A stretch of DNA of 32,000 nt from Vibrio vulnificus CMCP6 (GTDB lineage Bacteria; Pseudomonadota; Gammaproteobacteria; Enterobacterales; Vibrionaceae). How positions within the stretch are numbered: position 1 is the first letter of the stretch; each line of letters begins with the position of its first letter. The notes beneath the pieces were generated by a model that worked only from the letters and a program-made list of their open reading frames with translations, was not told the origin of the DNA and searched no databases. The stretch lies in NCBI RefSeq assembly GCF_000039765.1, contig NC_004460.2, forward strand, positions 1,590,001-1,622,000, in the 5' to 3' direction. Positions 17,154-24,584 of this stretch are shown here, piece by piece. The position numbers and the translations under genes are program-made.

Positions 17154-17627
17154 TTATTGTTTCGCTAGCGATTTTAGCACTTCAGATTGACCGTATATTT
17201 CGGCAAATTGTTTCAAATCCAGTCCCGCTTTGTTGAGCAAATCGCTGGGGCAGTCTGCTTGATAAAGATCCTTAGCAATACCAATTTCACGTTTGAGTAA
17301 CGCCCCCATCAGCGCGGTATTGCCTCTCTTGTCCTGTAAACAAGCATTGGCACCCCTTGCCAACAACAGTTGAACAATCTCTCGTTGGCCTTGATAGGCT
17401 GCGACCATCAATGCGGTATAGCTTTGGTAATTCCGTTGGTTAATCGGAAAACCGGCATCCAAAAACTCATTGATGACTTCGCCATTACCTATTCTAGTGG
17501 CATCAAAAAATAAACCGATGAGGGATTGATAAAGATCTTCTTGGACTGTGTCAGTTTCGCTCGAAATCGCAAAGGTGGAATAGATCGTCAGTGAGCAAAA
17601 CAAAATAATGTGAGTAAATCGCTTCAT
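17154..17627 (-). CDS. ankB: Ankyrin-repeat protein, AnkB-like (catalase accessory)
   Basis: Signal/anchor [20 protein letters not shown]. Ankyrin repeats are present ([34 protein letters not shown]). It sits directly downstream of katB, as in P. aeruginosa katB-ankB. I chose ATG 17625-17627 over the TTG at 17648. Confidence 0.75.
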   Translation of the reverse strand: MKRFTHIILFCSLTIYSTFAISSETDTVQEDLYQSLIGLFFDATRIGNGEVINEFLDAGFPINQRNYQSYTALMVAAYQGQREIVQLLLARGANACLQDKRGNTALMGALLKREIGIAKDLYQADCPSDLLNKAGLDLKQFAEIYGQSEVLKSLAKQ

Positions 17628-17650
17628 TGGTGTCTCTCCATTGAGCAAAT

Positions 17651-17712
17651 TTGGCCCATAGAAGCCCTGTTTTTCGGGGCAGAAAAGAGCAGAATTTTCT
17701 TCTATGGGCCAA
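17651..17712 (-). promoter_or_regulatory. Perfect 14-bp-stem inverted repeat in the katB-ankB intercistronic gap
   Basis: TTGGCCCATAGAAG (17651-17664) pairs with CTTCTATGGGCCAA (17699-17712). The 34-nt spacer contains a smaller CCCTG/CGGGG hairpin. Confidence 0.5.
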
Positions 17713-17718
17713 AACTTT

Positions 17719-19245
17719 TTACATCGACGCCAGTTTAGTGACTTGTTTTAAATTGACGTCAGTCGCTTTGGCTAGACGAGTGCCATACTCTTTGTCTGCA
17801 CGGTAGAAGTAGCTCACCATGATGGCTTTGACTTCGGCATCGTTTACCTTGTTTAAATCGCCAGACAGGTTGTGAATTAAGTCCGCCTTGTCTTGTTCGC
17901 TCAAGCTGCGGTAAAGCACGCCGGCTTGGAAGAAATCTCGCGGATTGCGGATTGCCTGCTGTTGAACATGGCCAGAAAGTGGCGTTTCTACTGCTCTCGC
18001 TTGTTTATCCACGGTCAGATTAACCAAACGGCTAGGCTCGTAATTCACGTCTAAGCTATCGACATTTCCTAAACCAGTAGAGTTGTTGCTTGGGCCATCT
18101 TGGTTGTGATTGGCCACTGGGCTTTTCGGGCTGTTGACGGGCAACTGGAACAAGTTGGCACCAAGGCGATACAACTGCGTATCGGCATAAGCAAACAAGC
18201 GACCTTGAAGCAGGCGATCTTCTGAAGGTTCAATACCAGGAATAATATTGGATGGCGCAAAGGCAGATTGTTCTGTCTCTAAAAAGAAATTATCGGGTAC
18301 ACGATTGAGCGTCATGGTGCCAACCTTTTTCTCAGGCACATCCAACCAAACCTTGGTGGCGTCTAGACCGTTGTAATCGAGTTTTGATAACGCTTTTGGA
18401 GAAAGCACTTTGACGTAAAGATCCCACTTCGGAAAGTTCCCCGCGTTAATCTGCGTATAGAGATCGTTAGTCAGGTGATTGAAATCTTCCCCTTGCACTT
18501 TGGTCACTTCCGCCGGGCGTAAACTCTTCACACCTTGTTGGCTCTTCCAGTGAAACTTAACGTAGTTCACTTCGCCTTTTCGGTTGATCCATTTGTACGC
18601 GTGCACACCAAAGCCATCCATCGTGCGGTAGCTCGCTGGGGTGCCTAAATTGGTGTAAACCCAAGTCAGCATATTGGTTGCGCTTGGTTGGCTACTGAAA
18701 AAATCAAAAAAACGATTCGGATCTTGAAGATTGGTGACCGGAGACGGTTTTAATGAATGCACCATGTCAGGGAACTTGATCGAGTCACGAATAAAAAAGA
18801 CGGGTAGGTTGTTGCCAACAAGATCCCAGTTGCCTTGGTCGGTATAAAATTTTGTCGCAAATCCACGCGGATCACGCAGAGTTTCTGGTGAACCTTTGGA
18901 ATGAATCACAGTAGAAAAACGTACAAACACTGGGGTTACTTTTCCTGATTGAGCAAAAGGAGAAGAAAGAGTTAAATCACTGAAATCACCAGATACGACG
19001 AATTCACCATGCGCACCTGTACCGCGAGCATGCACTACGCGCTCAGGAATACGTTCTCTGGCAAAACGCTGAAGTTTTTGGATCAGGTGAACGTCTTGCA
19101 GCAATACGCTGCCGTTTTCCCCTGCGGTTATCGAATTCTGGTTGTCACCAACGGGTGCACCATTGTCACGAGTAAGCGTTTGAGCGTGTACCGAAATACT
19201 CGCCAAACCCATCGAAATTAATAAAAAGCTTTTTGACATATGCAT
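17719..19245 (-). CDS. katB: Monofunctional heme catalase with signal peptide (periplasmic KatB type)
   Basis: FARERIPERVVHARGTGAHGEF, RFSTV, FPDMVHSLKP and RLFAYADTQLYRLG are catalase core motifs. The N-terminal signal is SFLLISMGLASISVHA/Q. Confidence 0.92.
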   Translation of the reverse strand: MHMSKSFLLISMGLASISVHAQTLTRDNGAPVGDNQNSITAGENGSVLLQDVHLIQKLQRFARERIPERVVHARGTGAHGEFVVSGDFSDLTLSSPFAQSGKVTPVFVRFSTVIHSKGSPETLRDPRGFATKFYTDQGNWDLVGNNLPVFFIRDSIKFPDMVHSLKPSPVTNLQDPNRFFDFFSSQPSATNMLTWVYTNLGTPASYRTMDGFGVHAYKWINRKGEVNYVKFHWKSQQGVKSLRPAEVTKVQGEDFNHLTNDLYTQINAGNFPKWDLYVKVLSPKALSKLDYNGLDATKVWLDVPEKKVGTMTLNRVPDNFFLETEQSAFAPSNIIPGIEPSEDRLLQGRLFAYADTQLYRLGANLFQLPVNSPKSPVANHNQDGPSNNSTGLGNVDSLDVNYEPSRLVNLTVDKQARAVETPLSGHVQQQAIRNPRDFFQAGVLYRSLSEQDKADLIHNLSGDLNKVNDAEVKAIMVSYFYRADKEYGTRLAKATDVNLKQVTKLASM

Positions 19246-19451
19246 GGTTGCTCTCCAATGCGTTGCACCAACTTACTTGTCTATTTATGCCAAGTTGGTT
19301 ATCAAAAGCTCTTTTCTGCCCACGGGAAATATATCCCTATAAACAGTATTTGTTTAATGGGAATTATCGATAGATTTAATAGATAAAAACGATGTAAATC
19401 CAATCGCTTAGCCTTTATGGAAGCAAGATCAAACTTAAAAGGAAGAGAATG

Positions 19452-19516
19452 TGGAGGTGAGAATCGTAACGAAATGCGTGATTTCTTGTGATAAACGAAT
19501 CACTTATTCACCTCCA
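19452..19516 (+). promoter_or_regulatory. 9-bp inverted repeat plus T-run in the leader of the DUF2946 gene
   Basis: TGGAGGTGA (19452-19460) pairs with TCACCTCCA (19508-19516), followed by TTTTG, 58 nt upstream of ATG 19574. The function is unknown. Confidence 0.3.
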
Positions 19517-19573
19517 TTTTGCAAGGATTAACGCTTTGCTATAACATTTCGAGCAAATTGTTAAACAACGGTT

Positions 19574-19933
19574 ATGATGCGTTTATCTTCTTTCCATCGT
19601 TCAATGCTCGTGGCGACCGCGTTAAGCTGGGTATTAGTCACGCTAATGCCTGTTATCAATGCTCATGGTAACAGCGCAGGCGTATGGGCGACGCTGTGTA
19701 CCGTTAATGGCTTTGAACTGGTTCAAATAGAAGAAGGCGAAGAGGTGCCCACTCACAGTGGTAAGCCTTGTCCATTTAGCCATTTTTCTACCTTCCATCA
19801 AGATTCGCTTCCAACTGCACTTGTTCTTACACGACAGAGCTTGGTTATTTCAGACAGCTACACTTTTTTGGCTCTAAGTGTACGATTTGAAAGACAAGTT
19901 CCGCGCGCGCCTCCTTTCACGACGCTGACTTAA
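19574..19933 (+). CDS. DUF2946-like small membrane/periplasmic protein
   Basis: Has an N-terminal TM/signal segment, a central H-x4-CPF motif and a C-terminal PRAPP motif, which I recall as typical of DUF2946. It is immediately upstream of a PepSY-TM gene, the usual partner. Confidence 0.6.
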   Translation: MMRLSSFHRSMLVATALSWVLVTLMPVINAHGNSAGVWATLCTVNGFELVQIEEGEEVPTHSGKPCPFSHFSTFHQDSLPTALVLTRQSLVISDSYTFLALSVRFERQVPRAPPFTTLT

Positions 19934-20040
19934 TACAAAACCTAAAACAACACTCATTTAAGTAAAGTCAACACGCTCAAAGCGCACTGTTTCCGCTTCG
20001 GTCACGGTGTTTTTTAGCGTTCGCAAAAGGAATTTATAAA

Positions 20041-21456
20041 ATGTTGAGCGTTCACTCTAAGACCGCCAAACCCAGCTCGCGTGCAAAATCTCGCTACTTT
20101 CTCACCTGGCGTTGGCATTTTTATGCCGGGCTCTTTGTTATCCCCTTTATGCTGATGCTCAGTGTCACTGGGCTTGTGATGCTGTTTGATGATGAAATCG
20201 AATTTGCTCGCTATCAATCCATTCTTCAAGTTACGCCTCAACATCATGAGGTATTGCCATCGGTTCAGCTGGCCAACGTGCAAGCGCGTTATCCAGAGGG
20301 TACCGTTACCCAATTTGTGCCTGCGAAACAGGCAGATTTAGCTAACCGTTTTAACGTCAAGTTTGCCGACGGCACCTCCCGCTTTGTTACGGTGGATCCC
20401 TACACTGGCGCGGTGCTTGGCACGATTGATCGCAGCGACAGTTGGTACCAATTGGCGAATGATATTCACGGTGAACTGCTGATCGGTGAGTATGGCGATT
20501 ACCTCATCGAAGTGGCAGCCAGTTTGTCTATTTTGTTACTGGTGACGGGGATTTACTTGTGGTGGCCACGAGATAATGCCAGCCGTGCGGGCTTTTTGCG
20601 CTTGCGTTTGAACTCAGGCAAGCGCGTGATGATGCGAGATCTGCACGCCAATCTCGGTGGGCTAACCAGCATTATTCTGCTCTTTTTCTTGCTTTCCGGC
20701 TTGGCGTGGGCAGGCATTTGGGGAGGCAAGTTTGTGCAACCTTGGAGTAGCTTTCCTGCGCAGAAATGGGACGATGTGCCGCTTTCTACCCTCACACACC
20801 AAGATCTGAACCATGGCAGCGAAGAAGAAATGCCGTGGAATTTGGAACAAACGCCACTGCCAGCCTCTCACGATCACAGCAACATGGCGGATTCAGAGTA
20901 TCACGCCATGATGGAAAACATTGGCATTGATGTCATGGTGAGCAAAGCGCGTGAGTTAGGATTTACCCACTACAAACTCAATTTTCCTCGCTCAGAGACA
21001 GGCGTCTTTACCCTTTCTGCCAACACCATGAGCGGTGACATTATCGACCCAACGCAGGATCGCACCAGCCATTTTGATCAATACAGTGGCGCGTTATTGG
21101 CTGATGTGACATGGGAAGATTACAACCTCGTCGCCAAGGCCATGGCCGCAGGGATTGCGCTGCACCAAGGGGACATCAGTGTGTTCAATAAAGTGGCCAA
21201 CGCGTTATTGTGTTTGGGCTTTGTGGTGATTGCCGTGACAGGGGGAATCATATGGTGGCTTCGTCGCCCTGTTGGTCAGGGTAAGCTGGGCGTGCCCGCA
21301 AAATTTGCCAGCGATGGCGTGTGGAAAACTGCGTTGGTCACGCTCGTGGTGATCGGTATGCTCTTCCCGCTGGCGGGCGCAAGCATTGCGGTGGCACTGC
21401 TGCTTGATTGGCTGCTGTTTAATCGTGTTGAACGTTTGAAAACTGTGTTTAGCTAG
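20041..21456 (+). CDS. PepSY-associated TM-helix protein (PiuB/VciB/FoxB-like putative periplasm-facing metal reductase)
   Basis: RWHFYAGLFVIPF in TM1, further TM-embedded His residues (DIHGELL, LHANLGG, ALHQGD), and periplasmic PepSY-like segments between TM pairs. Confidence 0.8.
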   Translation: MLSVHSKTAKPSSRAKSRYFLTWRWHFYAGLFVIPFMLMLSVTGLVMLFDDEIEFARYQSILQVTPQHHEVLPSVQLANVQARYPEGTVTQFVPAKQADLANRFNVKFADGTSRFVTVDPYTGAVLGTIDRSDSWYQLANDIHGELLIGEYGDYLIEVAASLSILLLVTGIYLWWPRDNASRAGFLRLRLNSGKRVMMRDLHANLGGLTSIILLFFLLSGLAWAGIWGGKFVQPWSSFPAQKWDDVPLSTLTHQDLNHGSEEEMPWNLEQTPLPASHDHSNMADSEYHAMMENIGIDVMVSKARELGFTHYKLNFPRSETGVFTLSANTMSGDIIDPTQDRTSHFDQYSGALLADVTWEDYNLVAKAMAAGIALHQGDISVFNKVANALLCLGFVVIAVTGGIIWWLRRPVGQGKLGVPAKFASDGVWKTALVTLVVIGMLFPLAGASIAVALLLDWLLFNRVERLKTVFS

Positions 21457-21469
21457 CCGTTAAGCCCAT

Positions 21470-21555
21470 TAGTTTGAATCGAGTGGTTTGAATCGAGCGA
21501 TTTGAATCGATCTATTTGAAATAGAGAGGTTTGAATAGCGCGTTTTAAATAGATC
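21470..21555. repeat. About six degenerate tandem copies of a ~14-bp unit (core TTTGAATCGA)
   Basis: The units read TAGTTTGAATCGAG, TGGTTTGAATCGAG, CGATTTGAATCGAT, CTATTTGAAATAGAGAG, GTTTGAATAGCGC and GTTTTAAATAGATC, running head to tail. Confidence 0.8.
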
Positions 21556-21570
21556 GCAGAACGCGTTCTT

Positions 21571-21602
21571 AGGTGATTTGGGTACTCGCGCCCAAATCAC
21601 CT
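21571..21602. other. Perfect 12-bp-stem hairpin without a T-run, downstream of yaeR
   Basis: AGGTGATTTGGG / CCCAAATCACCT with an 8-nt loop. It is preceded by the 12-bp palindrome AGAACGCGTTCT (21558-21569). Confidence 0.5.
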
Positions 21603-21634
21603 TGGTTAGCGCGATAACGCTATCGTTGGTAAAG

Positions 21635-22021
21635 CTACTGTTGGTACAACTCCAACGGCAGGCCATCAGGGTCGGCGAAAAAGGTGTACTGCTTACCGGT
21701 AAATTCATCGATCCGGATCGGCTCGACCAGCACATCGTGGCTTTCTAAATAGTCTTTCACTTGCACAATGTCATCCACCACAAACGCCAAATGCCTTAAC
21801 CCTTGCGCTTCGGGGAAACTGGGCCGCTCTGGCGCATTAGGAAAACTAAACAGTTCGATCTGCGTACCACAAGGCAGCGCCAGATCAAGCTTATAAGAGT
21901 CTCGCGCCTCGCGGTAATTTTCTGCAATGATCGTCAGCCCCAACAGTTCACTGTAGAACTGCTTTGAGCGAGGGTAGTCGGAACAAATAATCGCGACATG
22001 ATGAACGGTTTTCAGCATCAC
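21635..22021 (-). CDS. yaeR: VOC/glyoxalase-family protein YaeR
   Basis: Aligns by eye end to end with E. coli YaeR (VHHVAIICSDY, YREARDSYKLDLAL, IELFSFP..PERPS.PEA.GLRHLAF.VDDI, FFADPDGLPLELYQ). Confidence 0.85.
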   Translation of the reverse strand: MMLKTVHHVAIICSDYPRSKQFYSELLGLTIIAENYREARDSYKLDLALPCGTQIELFSFPNAPERPSFPEAQGLRHLAFVVDDIVQVKDYLESHDVLVEPIRIDEFTGKQYTFFADPDGLPLELYQQ

Positions 22022-22929
22022 AACACCAATTTCTGGTTAATAAAATCGATAAACACGCGCAAACGAGCGGGCATGTATTTGGTTTGCGGATATTGCATGG
22101 CAATCGCGCCGTGATAATTACTTTTGATCATCCAATCGTCCAACACCTTAACCACTTCACCGCGTTCAAGCGCATCGCGAATCACAAAATCATGGAAGAT
22201 GCCGATGCCGAGCCCTTGTTTGACGCCGTTGAGGCGCATTTGCGAATGGTTAACGGCATAGCGACCAGAAACGGCTACCGAATAAAACGCTTCATCTTTA
22301 AAGAATGACCACAGGTTGTCTTTGTCGTTTTCCGCCAGATACAAGCAGTCATGCTCGGTGAGTTCGGTCGGGTGGGTGGGCATGCCGCGCTGCGCTAGGT
22401 AATCCGGAGAGGCGCACAAAACCAGATGGGTTTTACTTAGCTCTTTGAGCACCAAATTTTCATCTGGTTTGTCGGTCAGTTTAAACGCCACGTCAATATT
22501 GTCGCGGAACAGATCAATCTCGCCGTCTGCGGCGCGCAGTTTGAGTTGGATATTCGGGTACTGCTGCAAAAAGGGCACCACAAAGGGTTGCAACACGGAA
22601 TTCAAAAACGCTTCAGGTGCCGCCACGGTTAAAGCTCCTGCCGGTTCGCTGTGGTCAGAGGCAGAAATCTCAATCGCTTGCTGAGCGGCATTCACCATCG
22701 CAATACTTTGGTCATACACCTTTTGTCCCGCCTGAGTGATGAGCAATTTGCGCGTGGTGCGTTCAAACAATTTCACCTGCAATGCCTGTTCTAAGCGGGT
22801 GATCAACTTGCTTAACGCGGAAGGGGTCACATCGAGCTTTTTTGCTGCGGCGGTAAAACTGCCCTCATTCACCACCAAGATAAAACTGGCAAGATCGGGC
22901 AGGAGGGCGATGAGTTTCGGGTTAACCAT
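22018..22929 (-). CDS. LysR-family transcriptional regulator
   Basis: wHTH FILVVNEGSFTAAAKKLDVTPSALSKLITRLE plus a LysR effector domain. Its stop overlaps the yaeR start by 4 nt, and it is divergent from the MFS gene. Confidence 0.85.
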   Translation of the reverse strand: MVNPKLIALLPDLASFILVVNEGSFTAAAKKLDVTPSALSKLITRLEQALQVKLFERTTRKLLITQAGQKVYDQSIAMVNAAQQAIEISASDHSEPAGALTVAAPEAFLNSVLQPFVVPFLQQYPNIQLKLRAADGEIDLFRDNIDVAFKLTDKPDENLVLKELSKTHLVLCASPDYLAQRGMPTHPTELTEHDCLYLAENDKDNLWSFFKDEAFYSVAVSGRYAVNHSQMRLNGVKQGLGIGIFHDFVIRDALERGEVVKVLDDWMIKSNYHGAIAMQYPQTKYMPARLRVFIDFINQKLVL

Positions 22930-23249
22930 GAGAATGCGCTTCTTTTACAACACCATTTGGCTTGGCAGTGTAACAGAAATCCGCCTGTTTTCGCGCGCAA
23001 CAGTTCACGTTTGCTTTGTTAAAAAAACGCATTTTGGGCAGCGCGTTAGCTCGCGGTATAAGAGGGAAAAATAATTTTAACAATGGGGTTACATATTGTG
23101 ACTTAGCTCTCTATACTGGCCAAATTGTGATCAGCAACCGATTGCGAAAGGGCGCGCTTTCAACGCTTGCGATGGGGACTGTGATGGGCAGGTTGACACA
23201 AACTTGAAAAAGAAAAAAAACAGAAAAACGGACGAGAGAGGCTAGGCGT

Positions 23250-24491
23250 ATGGAGAGAGAAAGTTTATTTCAAAGAGAGAGAATAAGGCGTTTTAATTTT
23301 TCCATCTGGACGGTGCTCAGTGGGACTTTGTTGGCGCGCACCAGTTACTTTATGGCGTGGCCATTTTTAATTGTTTTCCTATACCAAGATTACAACGCCA
23401 GTGCGGCGCAAATCGGTGGCATGCTGGCTGGCTCGGCGATTGTTGGCGCGGTGACAGGACTCTATTCGGGCTATTTGTCCGATAAGTTTGGCCGCAAGTG
23501 GGTGATGGTGATCGGCAGTTTGGTGGCGTCTGCGGCGTACACTGGCATTGCCTTAGCGGATCAATTGTGGCACTTCTACTTTCTGATGCTGGTGACGGGC
23601 CTAATGCGGCCGATGATCGAAGCACCCGCCAAAGCGGTGATTGGCGATAATCTTGCCAACGTGAAAGACCGCGAACTGGCGCTGAACATTCGTTACTTTT
23701 TACTCAACCTAGGTGGTGCGATTGGCCCGCTGTTGGGGGTGACGATTGGTTTGAGCTCACCACAACATCTTTTCTACATCACAGGTGTGACGTATTTGGT
23801 TTACACCGTGTGGCTGTTTTTTGGCATTGAACGCAAACAGACCTTTACCAAGCCCGATCCCTCTTTGTTGCCTAACTTCCGTGCCACGATGAAGGTCATC
23901 AGTCGCGATGCCATCTTTGTTAAATTGATGATTGCCAACTTCTTGATGATGTTTGTCTATGCCCAGTTGGAATCGTCTATCCCGCAGGTTATCGTACGTT
24001 CGGACATTACCGATGCGGCAACGCTGGTGGCCGGATTGGTGCTGGTGAACACGTTGACCATCATCATTTTCCAGTTTCCGATGTTGAAATGGCTAGAGCA
24101 CGTGCCGCTCTTTTTGCGTACGCGCATTGGCATGATGTTGATGGCGTTGGCACAAATCGGATTTATGCTCACACCCGCGGATTTACCTTGGGGTTGGGCT
24201 CTGGCTTGTTTTGTGATGAGCTTAGGCGAAGTGATTGCCTTCCCAACCTTGAATGTGCAGATTGACCGCTTGGCACCGGCGCATTTGCGCGGCTCCTATT
24301 TTGGCGCATCAGCGCTTTATTCGTTGGGTTTTGCGGTGTCCCCATTGGTTGGCGGTATGGTGATCGATTCGCTGAACTCAAACTGGTTATTTGGGCTCTG
24401 TTTCGCTCTATGCCTAATGATGATTTGGCTCTACTGGCTTGCTGAAAACAGCCAAGATAATGTGGAAAGAGAACAAGCCATCGCGCAGTGA
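23250..24491 (+). CDS. MFS transporter (12 TM)
   Basis: Hydrophobic throughout, with the MFS loop motif GYLSDKFGRKWVM between TM2 and TM3. Confidence 0.85.
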   Translation: MERESLFQRERIRRFNFSIWTVLSGTLLARTSYFMAWPFLIVFLYQDYNASAAQIGGMLAGSAIVGAVTGLYSGYLSDKFGRKWVMVIGSLVASAAYTGIALADQLWHFYFLMLVTGLMRPMIEAPAKAVIGDNLANVKDRELALNIRYFLLNLGGAIGPLLGVTIGLSSPQHLFYITGVTYLVYTVWLFFGIERKQTFTKPDPSLLPNFRATMKVISRDAIFVKLMIANFLMMFVYAQLESSIPQVIVRSDITDAATLVAGLVLVNTLTIIIFQFPMLKWLEHVPLFLRTRIGMMLMALAQIGFMLTPADLPWGWALACFVMSLGEVIAFPTLNVQIDRLAPAHLRGSYFGASALYSLGFAVSPLVGGMVIDSLNSNWLFGLCFALCLMMIWLYWLAENSQDNVEREQAIAQ

Positions 24492-24572
24492 CCCTCCATG
24501 GTGGGCACAAATATGACAGGCGCAATAAATGGCCGCGAACCATAAGCAGTGGCCAACAATAGACGAAACGCC

Positions 24573-24584
24573 CCAACATGCTGG
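24573..24584. repeat. Left target-site duplication of the IS (CCAACATGCTGG)
   Basis: An identical 12-mer directly abuts both IS ends (24573-24584 and 26015-26026). If the terminal GG/CC belongs to the inverted repeats, the duplication shrinks to 8 bp. Confidence 0.75.

Noticed and set aside
21470-21555. Whether the tandem repeat array is a CRISPR
   Set aside because: The units are about 14 bp and directly abutting, with no unique spacers. They degenerate along the array, and no cas genes are in the window.
21469-21735. An 88-aa minus-strand ORF spanning the tandem repeats and the 3' end of yaeR
   Set aside because: It overlaps yaeR in a different frame, its N-terminal half is encoded by the repeat array, and it has no ribosome-binding site or recognisable motif.
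23100-23249. Whether the long A-rich, structured 5' region of the MFS gene (including GAAAGGGCGCGCTTTC and an A-rich tract at about 23206-23231) is a riboswitch
   Set aside because: I could not match it to any riboswitch consensus I know, such as the c-di-GMP-I GGCAAA/GACGCAAAGC elements. It is more simply the divergent LysR-MFS control region.
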